Shown here: positions 36,541 through 45,975 of the stretch, in pieces
Layout of the letters: every line of letters starts with the position of its first letter
How positions within the stretch are numbered: the first letter of the stretch is position 1
DNA from: Armatimonadota bacterium
Lineage (GTDB): Bacteria; Armatimonadota; SYMT01
Reading direction: 5' to 3'
NCBI GenBank assembly: GCA_046292385.1
Contig: JBKBRF010000001.1
Coordinates: 255,305-319,304, forward strand
Length of the DNA stretch: 64,000 nt
The notes under the pieces: model-generated
What the model was told of the DNA's origin: nothing
The model's input: the letters and a program-made list of their open reading frames with translations, nothing else
Database searches by the model: none
Made by a program: the position numbers and the translations under genes

Positions 36541-38103
36541 ATGTCCCACTCCTTCACCTCCTTCAGCCGTCGCCGTCTCCTCCAGGGCTTCGCACTTGGC
36601 TCGGCGGCGTGCATTCTAGGCGATCTCTCCGCCGGCCCGGCCGGCGCGGCCGTGGGCGGCAGTGGGAAGCTGCGGCGCGGGAACCCGGCGGAACTGGGGG
36701 TTGACCCGCGGGCGGTCGGCGCGTTCATCGACGCGGTGGAGCAGAAGGTGGGCGGGCTCCACAGCTTCATGCTGCTGCGCGGCGGGCAGGTGGCGGCGGA
36801 GGCGTGGTGGACGCCCTACGCGCCGGCGCACCCGCACATGCTCTACTCGCTGAGCAAGAGCTTTACGTCGACCGGCATCGGCCTGGCGGTGGCGGAGGGG
36901 CGGCTCTCGGTCGAGGACCGGGTCACCTCCTTCTTCCCGGACGACCTGCCCTCCAGCATCGACCAGAACCTGCGGAAGATGCAGGTGCGCCACCTGCTCT
37001 CCATGTCGACCGGTCACGAGCGGGACGCCACCGGCCCCACGGCGGCGGCGAAGGACGGCAACTGGGTGCGAGCGTTCCTGGCGCTGCCGGTGGAGCGGGA
37101 GCCGGGCACGCACTTCGTCTACAACAGCGCCGCCACCTACATGCTCTCGGCAATCATCCAGAAGCTCACCGGGCAGACGCTGCTCGACTACCTGACGCCG
37201 CGGCTCCTCGCGCCGCTCGGCATCCGGAACGCCACCTGGGAGAGCGATCCGCGCGGCATCAACACCGGCGGCTGGGGACTAAGCATCAAGACCGAGGAGA
37301 TCGCCCGTTTCGGGCAGCTCTACCTGCAGCGCGGGAAGTGGGGCGACCGGCAGCTCGTTCCGGAGAGCTGGGTCGCGGAGGCCTCCGGCAAGCAGATCGC
37401 GAATGGCAGCAACCCGAACAGCGACTGGAACCAGGGCTACGGCTACCAGTTCTGGCGCTGCCGCCACGGCGCCTACCGGGGTGACGGCGCCTTCGGCCAG
37501 TACTGCGTGGTGATGCCGGAGCAGGAGGCGGTGCTCGCCATCACCAGCGGCATCGGCGACATGCAGGCGGTCCTGAACGCCGCGTGGGAGCACCTGCTGC
37601 CGGGGATGCAGCTCGCCTCCGGCAGCTCGGACGCGGCCGCGGAGCTGGAGAAGAAGCTGAAGTCGCGCGCCGTCTCCGCCCCGCAGGGGAAGGCAAGCTC
37701 GCCGACCGCGGAGCGCGTCTCGGGACGCGTCTATCGCTTCGAGACGAACGACGACCAGATCCGGTCCGGGGCGCTGACGTTCGGCAAGGGCCGCGCCTCG
37801 CTCACGCTCTGGGACGAGCGGGGGCAGCGCGAGCTCCCGGTCGGATCGGACGAGTGGCTCCGGGGAACCGCGCCGCTGGGCGGCAATCCGATCATCGGGT
37901 CCGCCGGCAGCATGGAGAAGGTGGCGACGCGCGGCGCGTGGGTGGACGACGATACCTACGCGATCAAGACCTGCTACGTCGAGACTCCGTACGTCGAGAC
38001 GACGACCTGGAAGTTCGACGGCGACCGCGTTACCGTCACCCGCAAGATGAACGTCGGCTTCGGCTCCACCGATCGCCCGGCGCTCACCGGCCGCATCGCG
38101 TGA
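36541..38103 (+). CDS. Tat-exported serine hydrolase, beta-lactamase (class C-like) family
   Basis: SRRRLLQG twin-arginine signal after ATG 36541; SLSKS (SxxK), F.YNS and YGYQFW motifs. Confidence 0.9.
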   Translation: MSHSFTSFSRRRLLQGFALGSAACILGDLSAGPAGAAVGGSGKLRRGNPAELGVDPRAVGAFIDAVEQKVGGLHSFMLLRGGQVAAEAWWTPYAPAHPHMLYSLSKSFTSTGIGLAVAEGRLSVEDRVTSFFPDDLPSSIDQNLRKMQVRHLLSMSTGHERDATGPTAAAKDGNWVRAFLALPVEREPGTHFVYNSAATYMLSAIIQKLTGQTLLDYLTPRLLAPLGIRNATWESDPRGINTGGWGLSIKTEEIARFGQLYLQRGKWGDRQLVPESWVAEASGKQIANGSNPNSDWNQGYGYQFWRCRHGAYRGDGAFGQYCVVMPEQEAVLAITSGIGDMQAVLNAAWEHLLPGMQLASGSSDAAAELEKKLKSRAVSAPQGKASSPTAERVSGRVYRFETNDDQIRSGALTFGKGRASLTLWDERGQRELPVGSDEWLRGTAPLGGNPIIGSAGSMEKVATRGAWVDDDTYAIKTCYVETPYVETTTWKFDGDRVTVTRKMNVGFGSTDRPALTGRIA

Positions 38104-38110
38104 TCCGCAG

Positions 38111-41100
38111 CTAGCCGGTCCGTCCCGGAACGGGGAGGCGTTCGGAGAGAGTGGCGAGGAGCGCGCGGAGAGCCTCGGGATTGACCGGCTTGATCAGGTG
38201 GTGGTCGAACCCGGCGGCTTCGGCCGCCTGGCGGTGCTCCGGATCGCCGTAGCCGGTGAGGGCGATGAGCCCGGCGCCGGCGAACGAGCCGTTCTTCCGC
38301 AGCTCGCGGGCCACCTCGTACCCGTCCATGCCCGGGAGGCCGATGTCGAGGAGGATGATCCGCGGCTCGTACTCCGGCACGGCGGAGAGGGCGGCGCGGC
38401 CGTCCCGGACGCTGCGCACCTCGTAGCCCCAGAGGTGGAGCAGGTCGGTCAGGGTCTCGGCGGCGTCGGCGTTGTCTTCCACCAGGAGCACCCGCCCATT
38501 CCCGTCGGCCGCGGCGGAGGCGCTCGGCACCGCTGCCGCCGCGGGCTCCCGCTCCGGCTCGGCGGGGAGGCGGACGGTGAACTCGGTGCCGAGCCCGGGA
38601 CCGTCGCTGTGGACCTGGATGGTGCCGTGGTGCATCTCTACCAGGCGCTTTGCGAGCGTCAGGCCCACGCCCAGGCCGCCCTCCGCCCGGGCGAGGGTGC
38701 GCTCGCCCTGGACGAAGAGATCGAACACCCGCGCCTGCAGCTCCGGGTCCATCCCTCGCCCGTTGTCGCGCACTCGCAGCACCGCCTCGCCCTGTTCCCG
38801 CTGCGCGACGAGTGAGATCTCGCCGCCGTCGTCGGTGTACTTGGCGGCGTTGTTGAGCAGGTTCACCAGCACCTGCACCAGGCGCGTGGGATCCGCCTGC
38901 AGGAAGACCGGCGGCAGCGGGACGGAGACGTTCAGGTGGTGCCCGCGCTCCTCGATCGCCGCGCGAGTGCTGGTGACCGCCTGCTCCACCACCTGCGACA
39001 GGTCGACCCTCTCGGTCCGGAGGGAGATCTTGCCTTCGTTGATGCGGGAGACTTCCAGGAGATCGTCCACCAGCCGCGAGAGGTGGCGCGCGTTCCGCTC
39101 GATGATCTCCCGCTGCTTCCGGACCACCGGATCGCCGTCGCTGCGCAGCCGGAGGATCTCCGAGGAGGTGACGATCGGCGCGAGCGGGTTCCGCAGCTCG
39201 TGCGCCAGCATCGCGAGGAACTCGTCCTTCCGCCGGCCCTGGGTCTCCAGCACGTGGTAGAGGCGCGCCTTCTCAATGGCGAGCGCGGCCCGGTCTCCCA
39301 ACTCCTGCAGCAGGCCCAGGTCCTCCTCGGAGTAGGATCGGCCGGGGGGATTGTGCCGCGCGAGCATCAGCACGCCGAGCAGCCGCCGGCGGCCGCGCAG
39401 CGGTACCGCGAGCATGCTGGTGAGCCCCACCGCGTCCCGCAGCGGCCGGTACTCCGGCTTCATCTGGCGAGTCGCGTCCTCCGCGGCGATCTCCGGGATC
39501 AGCAGTGGCTCGCCCGTCCGGAGCACCTGTCCTCCGTACCCCTCGTCCACGCGCTGCGGGTGGGCCGCGTCGAGCATCCTGATCAGCCGCTCGGCGTCCG
39601 GCACGGTGCTGTAGACGCCGAAGCTGTCGAGGCGCTGACCGTCCTCGGAGACCAGGCGGAGCACACAGGTGTCGCCGATGAGCTCCGCGGTGCGCTGCAC
39701 CACCGTCCGGAGGAGACGGGGATAGTCCGAGCTCAGCTCGGCGAAGGCGCGGGAGGCCTCGTTCAGCACCCGCAGGCGGTTATTGGCTCGGTCGAGCCGT
39801 GCCGCCGTGGCTTGCAGCTCCTCCTCCCCGCGCCTGCGAGCGGAGATGTCCTGGATTACCGCGATGTAGTACTCCGGACGGCCGTTCACCAATCCGAGAG
39901 AGACGGTCAGCTCCGCCCACACGGCGCTGCCGTCCCGCGTGACGTAGCGCTTCTCCAGCGCGTAGGTGTCGATCTCGCCGGACCGGAGCCGCTCCACGAG
40001 CGCGAGGTCCTGTGCCAGGTCCTCCGGATGAGTGATCTCCTGAAAGGTCTTCTGCAGCAGCTCTTCGCGGGGGTAGCCGAGAATCTCGCAGAGCTTCTGG
40101 TTCACCCGCAGCCAGCGGCCGCCGAGGCCGACGTGCGCGACGCCGACCGCCGCCTGCTCGAAGGTGCCGCGGAAGCGCTCTTCGCTGGCGCGCAGGGCCT
40201 CTTCGGCCAGCCGCTGCTGGGTGACGTCCCGGCTCACTCCCACGAGGCGGACCGGCGCGCTCGAGTCGTCGCGCAGGAGCTGCGCGCGGGTCTCGATCCA
40301 CTGCGTCTTGCCGTCCGGCCGGACCGACCGCAGCGCCAGCTCGTAGGGCGCGCCCTCCTCCAGCGTGCGCCGGATCGCCTCCAGCACCCGGTCCCGGTCG
40401 TCCGGGTGGATCAGGGCCTGGAACGCCTCGTAGGTTCCCGCGAATCCCCCCGGCTCCAGGCCGTGCAGCGCCTCCAGCCCCTCCGACCACGCGACCCGCC
40501 CGGAGCGGATGTCCCACTCCCAGGCGCCGATTCGCCCGGCCTGAAGCGCGAAGTGGAGCCGGGCCTCGCTCTCGCGCAGGGCGTTCTCGGCGTGGCGGCG
40601 CGCCGTGATGTCGCGGATGATGACCGTGAAGAGCTTGGAGCCGCCGACCGGCACCTGCGAGATCGTCGCCTCGATCGGGAACTCGCAGCCGTCCGCATGC
40701 CGCGCGGTGAGCGGGCGCAGGGAGCCCATCGAGCGGCTCGTGGTGCCGGTGGCGCCGAATTCCTCGACATAGCCGCCGTGCGCGGCGCGATAGCGCTCCG
40801 GCAGCAGCAGCGCGAGCGGCTGCCCCACGATCTCCTCGGCAGGGTAGCCGAACATCCGCTCCGCCGCGGCGTTGAAGACGACGATCTCCTGCCGCTCGTC
40901 GACCGAGATGATCGCGTCCATCGCGGAGCCGATGATCCCGCTCAGCCGGGCCTCGCTGCGGAGGTGCTCGGCTTCCACCCGCTTCCGCTCCGTGATGTCC
41001 TGGATGATCCCCATCGTGCGAATGGGGCTTCCGCTCCGGTCGCGGACCACCGCTCCATCTACCTGGACCCACACTACCCGGCCGTCTTTGCGGACGTACC

Positions 41101-42163
41101 GCTTCTCCACAGACCAGGTGTCCCGCTTGCCATGCACGGCCGGAGAGAGGGTCGCCAGGTCGCGCTCGCGGTCCTCGGGATGGGTCAGGTCGAAGAGGGT
41201 CCTTCCGAGGAGCTCTTCTTCGGAATAGCCGGTGATCTCGCACAGCTTGCGGTTGACGCGCTGGATACGGAAGGTTGTGGGATCCGCCTGCGCGGCCCCC
41301 GCGGCGGCAAGCTCAAAGAGGGCGCGGAAGTCGGCCTCGCGGGCACGGATGAGCCGCTCCGACTCCACCTGCTCCGTGAAGTCGACGCAGCTCCCGACGT
41401 ACCCGAGGAAGGCCCCGTCCGGCCCAAAGCGGGGGGTGCCGGTGTCGAGCATCCAGCGGTACTCGCCGTCCGCCTTGCGCAGCCGGAACCGCGTGGTGAA
41501 CGCGCGCCGCTCTTCCCAGGCGGCCTGGCACTCCGCCAGCGCCGGGAGGTCGTCCGGATGCACCGGCTCCAGCCAGCCCTCTCCCAGCTCCTCCTCCAGC
41601 GTGCGGCCGGTGAACTCCAGCCACTTCTGATTGAAGTAGCTGCCTGCCTTGTCCGGCCCGGACATCCAGATCAGCACCGGGGCGGAGTCGAGGAGCGCGC
41701 GGAAGCCGGCCTCTACCTCCCGCCCGCCGGAGGCGCCGCTCAGCCGCAGCAGCGTGCGAACCGCCGCCCGCAGCGCCGCGGGGTCGATCGGGCCGCGGAG
41801 GATGAGATCGGCTCCCGCCTCGCCTTCGGGGAGGTCGGCCGCGCTGCGGCCGAGCCAGAGGACCGGCGCGTCGGCCGTCGCCGGGTGGGCCCGGAGCTGC
41901 CGGAGGAGCTCGGCGGCGCAGAGATCCGGCAGTTCGGCGTCGAGCACGACCAGGCGCGGACGCGGCGCGTCCGCACTCAAGCTCCGGAGCGCCTCCCGGG
42001 CGAAGGCGGCGCAGTGTACGACGTGGCCGGCGTCCCGGAGCAGGGCGGCGGTCTCGCCGCGCCGGCGCGCGTCGTGGATGGCGAGAAGGATGGCTGCGGA
42101 CGACGAGGCGCTCACGAGGCTTCCGCCGGACCCCTTGGGCAGAGAGTTGCCAATCCCGGGCAT
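38111..42163 (-). CDS. Hybrid sensor histidine kinase: REC-5xPAS-GAF-HisKA-HATPase-REC
   Basis: LAHELRNPL H-box, NLLNNAAKY, DNGRGM and GGLGVGL; C-terminal LLDIGLPGMDGY receiver; five PAS/PAC units and a GAF domain. Start is uncertain. Confidence 0.93.
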   Translation of the reverse strand: MPGIGNSLPKGSGGSLVSASSSAAILLAIHDARRRGETAALLRDAGHVVHCAAFAREALRSLSADAPRPRLVVLDAELPDLCAAELLRQLRAHPATADAPVLWLGRSAADLPEGEAGADLILRGPIDPAALRAAVRTLLRLSGASGGREVEAGFRALLDSAPVLIWMSGPDKAGSYFNQKWLEFTGRTLEEELGEGWLEPVHPDDLPALAECQAAWEERRAFTTRFRLRKADGEYRWMLDTGTPRFGPDGAFLGYVGSCVDFTEQVESERLIRAREADFRALFELAAAGAAQADPTTFRIQRVNRKLCEITGYSEEELLGRTLFDLTHPEDRERDLATLSPAVHGKRDTWSVEKRYVRKDGRVVWVQVDGAVVRDRSGSPIRTMGIIQDITERKRVEAEHLRSEARLSGIIGSAMDAIISVDERQEIVVFNAAAERMFGYPAEEIVGQPLALLLPERYRAAHGGYVEEFGATGTTSRSMGSLRPLTARHADGCEFPIEATISQVPVGGSKLFTVIIRDITARRHAENALRESEARLHFALQAGRIGAWEWDIRSGRVAWSEGLEALHGLEPGGFAGTYEAFQALIHPDDRDRVLEAIRRTLEEGAPYELALRSVRPDGKTQWIETRAQLLRDDSSAPVRLVGVSRDVTQQRLAEEALRASEERFRGTFEQAAVGVAHVGLGGRWLRVNQKLCEILGYPREELLQKTFQEITHPEDLAQDLALVERLRSGEIDTYALEKRYVTRDGSAVWAELTVSLGLVNGRPEYYIAVIQDISARRRGEEELQATAARLDRANNRLRVLNEASRAFAELSSDYPRLLRTVVQRTAELIGDTCVLRLVSEDGQRLDSFGVYSTVPDAERLIRMLDAAHPQRVDEGYGGQVLRTGEPLLIPEIAAEDATRQMKPEYRPLRDAVGLTSMLAVPLRGRRRLLGVLMLARHNPPGRSYSEEDLGLLQELGDRAALAIEKARLYHVLETQGRRKDEFLAMLAHELRNPLAPIVTSSEILRLRSDGDPVVRKQREIIERNARHLSRLVDDLLEVSRINEGKISLRTERVDLSQVVEQAVTSTRAAIEERGHHLNVSVPLPPVFLQADPTRLVQVLVNLLNNAAKYTDDGGEISLVAQREQGEAVLRVRDNGRGMDPELQARVFDLFVQGERTLARAEGGLGVGLTLAKRLVEMHHGTIQVHSDGPGLGTEFTVRLPAEPEREPAAAAVPSASAAADGNGRVLLVEDNADAAETLTDLLHLWGYEVRSVRDGRAALSAVPEYEPRIILLDIGLPGMDGYEVARELRKNGSFAGAGLIALTGYGDPEHRQAAEAAGFDHHLIKPVNPEALRALLATLSERLPVPGRTG

Positions 42164-42266
42164 CGGTTACCGGTTAGAATACGACCCGCCGCCAGTATCC
42201 TCCTCGTCTGGATGTGGAGAGGGGAGGTTCTCCGCACGGGGCTCGCGAGCCGGTTCGGATAGGCTC

Positions 42267-43544
42267 TTACATAAAGTTGGGCGTATGGAGGGCGGAGATT
42301 TCGTCCGCCTGGGCCGGAGTGAACCCCGCGGCCTGGAGGCGGCGCATGCGGTGGGCGTGCATCTCGCTAATCAGCTCGCGGACCTTCGCCAGGCCCTCGG
42401 GGAGGTGATCCGGGTTCAGGCCGCCCGCGGCGAGGATCGCCAGCGCTTCCTGCACGCGGGGGCTCACCTCCGTGACGGAGCTCATGAACGCGGCGCGCTC
42501 GCGGACCGCCCGCAGCAGGCGGTCGTAGTTGCCCGGGTCCTGCGCCAGGTAGTAGCGCATGTGCGCCATCCCGAAGTGGACGTGCCGGGTCTCGTCCACC
42601 CGCGCGCGGCGGCAGATCTCCGCCGTCACCGGGTCCGGCGCGTGGGTCTCGATGAAACGGAGCAGGTCGAGGAAGGTGCCCTCGCCGAGCACCGAGAGGA
42701 GGAACGAGGCGCTGGTGAAGTCGTGCTGATCGAAGAGCGTCTTCAAGCTGAGCTGGGTCGACGCGGCGGAGTACTGCAGCCCGCCGCCGTTCGCCAGCGC
42801 CCGCTTGGTGAACGCCTCGATGTGGCGCGACTCGTCCATCATCTGGGTGCAGAGGATCATCACCACTTCGTTGAACTGCGGGTTGATCCGCGGCACGAAC
42901 TTGGCGGGGACGTAGAGCGCGGAGTACTCGTTCTCCGTCAGGAACGTCATCAACTGGCAGACCGCGCGCTCCAGCGGCGCCGGCAGGGGCGGCAGTTGGT
43001 CCCAGGGAATGTCGCGCGAGGCGTCCCACTGATTCGCCGTCGCCTGCTCGTAGAGGTCGGCCACCTCGGCGGCCCAGACCGCCGAGCGCTCGTTGATGGT
43101 GAAGTCGAACGCCGGGGCGCCCGCTTCCACCACCGCCCCCCGCGGCGCGAAGCCGGTGGTGGTGGGGGCGACCTCCGGCACTTCGCCGACCCGGCCGACC
43201 ATCCAGTCGCGCGTGTGCAGCTCTCCGGAGGGCCGCCGCGGCATCTGCACGCCCCAGTCCGGCCGCTCCTCCGCCGCGATCGACTCGTACGGGCTCTTCC
43301 GGAAGTAGTAGACCGCGCCCGCAGCCCCCGCCTCCGAGCCGAGATACGGGTGGGCCATGATGCGGCACCAGGCGGGGAGGTCGTGCGCGACGGTGGGGTG
43401 GGCGGCGCGCACCGCGACCACCGCCTCCGCCGGAAGCGGCTCCAGCGCCTCGCGCAGGAGCATCAGGAGGCCGTTGCCGAGCTCCAGCGAGCCGCCTTCG
43501 ACTAACGCTGCCGGCTCCGGGAATGTCTCCGGGGCGCCGCTCAC
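42267..43544 (-). CDS. Ferritin-like diiron-carboxylate protein with N-terminal TusA-like domain
   Basis: GTG start at 43544 overlaps the upstream TGA. N-terminal DLPAWCR..H....YYFRK is TusA/SirA-like, without the CPxP motif. Diiron ligand pattern E(NE)...DESRH...GEG...DETRH. Confidence 0.8.
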   Translation of the reverse strand: MSGAPETFPEPAALVEGGSLELGNGLLMLLREALEPLPAEAVVAVRAAHPTVAHDLPAWCRIMAHPYLGSEAGAAGAVYYFRKSPYESIAAEERPDWGVQMPRRPSGELHTRDWMVGRVGEVPEVAPTTTGFAPRGAVVEAGAPAFDFTINERSAVWAAEVADLYEQATANQWDASRDIPWDQLPPLPAPLERAVCQLMTFLTENEYSALYVPAKFVPRINPQFNEVVMILCTQMMDESRHIEAFTKRALANGGGLQYSAASTQLSLKTLFDQHDFTSASFLLSVLGEGTFLDLLRFIETHAPDPVTAEICRRARVDETRHVHFGMAHMRYYLAQDPGNYDRLLRAVRERAAFMSSVTEVSPRVQEALAILAAGGLNPDHLPEGLAKVRELISEMHAHRMRRLQAAGFTPAQADEISALHTPNFM

Positions 43545-44374
43545 GAGGGCCACTTCTCCGTGAGCCCCTGGCGCTCGACCGCCTCGAAGAGGCCGGCGTA
43601 GCCCGTCATGATCTCCGGGGTCGACTCCAGCCAGCGCTTCAGCCCTTCCAGGTCCATCAGCTCCCGCCACTGGGGCTGGTCGTAGGTCATGCGGAGCAGC
43701 GTCTCCGTCCAGCGGCGGCCCAGCTCCTCCGGGAGCTCCTCCAGTACCGTGAAGTTGCAGTGACAGTAGCCGGGCGAGGTCCAGATCGCGCGGACCTGGC
43801 GCGGGTCGACGCGTCCCTCGGTCACCTGGCGGATCCAGGTGGTGTCTCCCATCGCGCCGGCGTCCGCCTCGCCGTCCCGGAGCGCGCGCAGCACCTCCAG
43901 CTCGCTGGTGCCGGTGTCGCCGTGCTTGCCGACGTCGAGGTTGAAGCGGAGCACGCGGCACTCCCGCTCCGCGTCGACCCCCGCCTCGCGCAGGAACTCG
44001 ACCGGCAGGATGGCGGCCTGGCCGGAGTCGGCAGAGCCGAGCGCGAGCCGCTTCCCGCGGAGGTCGGCAAGCGACTCGATGCCGCTGTCGGTGCGGGCGA
44101 CGAAGACGGTCTTGAACTCCGCGTCGACGTCCCGCATCGCCAGGGCGCGGCAGCGGTTCCCGGTGCGGCGGCAGACCTTGACCCACGCCAGGTTGGTGTT
44201 CCAGGCGATGTCGATCTGGCGGCTCAGGAGCGCCTCGACCTGGCGGTCGTAGTTGGAGTAGAGGACGTAGTCGATCGGAAGTCCGGCCTCGCGGAAGTAA
44301 TCGCGCATGCCTTCCCAGATCGGAACGACGCGCTGGTCGTAAGCGACGGCGCCGATGAGCACGGGGCGGTCCAT
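43541..44374 (-). CDS. PhnD/SsuA-type substrate-binding-fold protein lacking a signal peptide
   Basis: YSNYDRQVEALL..IDIAWNTNLAWV and IESLADLRGKRLALGSADS are periplasmic-binding-protein II features; N-terminus MDRPVLIGAV has no signal peptide. Confidence 0.82.
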   Translation of the reverse strand: MDRPVLIGAVAYDQRVVPIWEGMRDYFREAGLPIDYVLYSNYDRQVEALLSRQIDIAWNTNLAWVKVCRRTGNRCRALAMRDVDAEFKTVFVARTDSGIESLADLRGKRLALGSADSGQAAILPVEFLREAGVDAERECRVLRFNLDVGKHGDTGTSELEVLRALRDGEADAGAMGDTTWIRQVTEGRVDPRQVRAIWTSPGYCHCNFTVLEELPEELGRRWTETLLRMTYDQPQWRELMDLEGLKRWLESTPEIMTGYAGLFEAVERQGLTEKWPS

Positions 44375-44383
44375 TTCAGTTCC

Positions 44384-45520
44384 TCAGAACAGGGGCATCT
44401 CCAGGAGTGCCTTGCCGATGAAATCGTGGAGAACGTCGGTGGTCGGCGCCATCACCCAGCCGGCGCGGGCGTCGCGGAAGCTCCGCTCCACGCCGAGGTG
44501 GCGGCTGAAGGCGGCGCCGCCGCAGGTCCGCATCGCCAGGTCGGTCACCTGGAGCGCCGCTTCCGCCGCGGCGGCCTTGCTCTCCAGCACCGCCAGCAGC
44601 GTGTCCGGCGCGGGGTTCTCCATCCGCTCCGCCACGTGCCGCAGGAAGGCGCGGTGCACGTCGACCGAGATCTGCATCTGCGCCAGGCGCGCCCGGAGGT
44701 TCATCAGCGAGGCGAGCGGCTGGTCCAGGTGTTCCAGCCGGGAGGTGCCCAGGTGGCGGCGGGTGGCGTCGGTCGCGGCCGCGGCGATCCCGAGCGAGAC
44801 CGCCGCGCTGCAGAGCTGGAACCAGGGCAGGACCACGCTCAGCATCGCCCCGAATCCCTCGCCCTCGCCGCTCAAGCGGTAGGACGCGGGGACCCGCACC
44901 GACTGGAGGCGCATCGGCGAGCTGGCGTTCCCGCGCAGCCCCATCCCGCTCCACGGACCGGCCACCTCCAGGCCCGGCGCCTCCCGGGAGACGTAGTAGA
45001 GGGTAGAGTGGGTCGGCTCCGTGCCGGTGGCGCTGCCGGTGGAGACGACGTAGCTGTCTGCCTGGCCCGCGCTGGTGACCCACGACTTCTCCGCGCTCAG
45101 GAGGTGGTCCTCGCCGTCCACCCCGGCGCGGCTCACCGGCGCCCAGAAGTGGCTGCGGGAGCCCTTCTCGCTGAAGGCGAGCGTACTCAGGTGGTCGCCG
45201 GCCGCGGCGGCGCGCAGCACGTCCTCCCGGAGGGGGAAGCCCTCCGCCTGCGCGATCACCTGCAGCGCGCAGACGTGCATCATAAAGATCATCGCGGTGG
45301 AGGCGCACTGCTCCGCCAGCGTGCCGACCACTGCCGCCACTTCTCCCGGCGCCGCGCCGAGACCGCCCAGCTCCTTCGGCACGACCAGCCCGAGCAGCCC
45401 CGCTTCGCCCAGTGCGCGGAGCGATTCCGACGGCCATCGCCCCTCGCGGTCGACCTCGTCCGCGTGCGTCGCCAGCACCTCGCGCGCGACCCGCTCCGCC
45501 GCCTCCATGCTCCCGGTCAT
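44384..45520 (-). CDS. Acyl-CoA dehydrogenase-fold flavoprotein (possibly DszC/SfnB-like monooxygenase)
   Basis: EVDREGRWP..LGEAGLLGL, CASTA, AFSEKGS, KSWVTSAG, W.GMGLRGNAS and CGGAAF..ERSFRDARA motifs; GGAGG RBS. Confidence 0.88.
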   Translation of the reverse strand: MTGSMEAAERVAREVLATHADEVDREGRWPSESLRALGEAGLLGLVVPKELGGLGAAPGEVAAVVGTLAEQCASTAMIFMMHVCALQVIAQAEGFPLREDVLRAAAAGDHLSTLAFSEKGSRSHFWAPVSRAGVDGEDHLLSAEKSWVTSAGQADSYVVSTGSATGTEPTHSTLYYVSREAPGLEVAGPWSGMGLRGNASSPMRLQSVRVPASYRLSGEGEGFGAMLSVVLPWFQLCSAAVSLGIAAAATDATRRHLGTSRLEHLDQPLASLMNLRARLAQMQISVDVHRAFLRHVAERMENPAPDTLLAVLESKAAAAEAALQVTDLAMRTCGGAAFSRHLGVERSFRDARAGWVMAPTTDVLHDFIGKALLEMPLF

Positions 45521-45678
45521 TGCCGTGCCCTCCCTCCCGGCGCGCGGTTGCCGGACTGACGATCATGAGTGTACCGGAGCGGCCGTGATGCGTCGCATAG
45601 GATCATCCTATGTAAGCGGCGCGCGCGATAGGAAAGAGCCGCGACCTACTTCTTCGCAGCTTGGTGCTCCGCACCCTA

Positions 45679-45708
45679 TTGACAACCCTCCGCGGGACTC
45701 GCTAATAT
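45679..45708 (+). promoter_or_regulatory. Sigma70 promoter of tRNA-Gln
   Basis: TTGACA (45679-45684), 18 nt, then TAATAT (45703-45708), 10 nt before the tRNA. Confidence 0.7.
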
Positions 45709-45718
45709 TCAGGCACGT

Positions 45719-45791
45719 TGCCGGATAGCTCAGTTGGCAGAGCGACTGACTCTGGATCAGTAGGTCCTAGGTTCGAGCCCTAGTCCGGCAG
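45719..45791 (+). tRNA. tRNA-Gln (anticodon CTG)
   Basis: Acceptor stem TGCCGGA/TCCGGCA with discriminator G; D-arm GCTC/GAGC; anticodon stem ACTGA/TCAGT with loop CT-CTG-GA; T-arm CTAGG-TTCGAGC-CCTAG. Confidence 0.96.
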
Positions 45792-45816
45792 TCCAAACGA
45801 AGATCGGCCCGCATCC

Positions 45817-45860
45817 ATCGAGGCGGGGAGCGCCGCACCGGTACTGCTCCCCGCCTCGAT
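45817..45860 (+). terminator. Hairpin downstream of tRNA-Gln
   Basis: Perfect 15-bp inverted repeat ATCGAGGCGGGGAGC / GCTCCCCGCCTCGAT; short T-tail. Confidence 0.55.
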
Positions 45861-45975
45861 TGCGTACGGGCCGCGCCAGGGACCGATACGGCCTGCGGCG
45901 GACGTTATACTACAGTCGGTGCCTGCCTCCCTTTGGGCAGGCGACGCGGCGCGAGCGTGGAGCAGGGAGAGGACA

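Noticed and set aside
36541..38103. Antibiotic-resistance beta-lactamase
   Set aside because: The SxxK/YxS family includes many esterases and amidases. Nothing here specifically indicates beta-lactam hydrolysis.
43554..44186. N-terminal extension of the ferritin-like ORF (639 aa)
   Set aside because: It overlaps the PhnD-like gene in another frame and is low-complexity Arg/Gly/Pro. The real start is near 43544.
45792..45975. T-box riboswitch before glnS, or an integrative element at tRNA-Gln
   Set aside because: No T-box consensus (AAGGTGGxACC-type) is visible and the leader is too short. No integrase or duplicated tRNA 3' end was noticed in the window.
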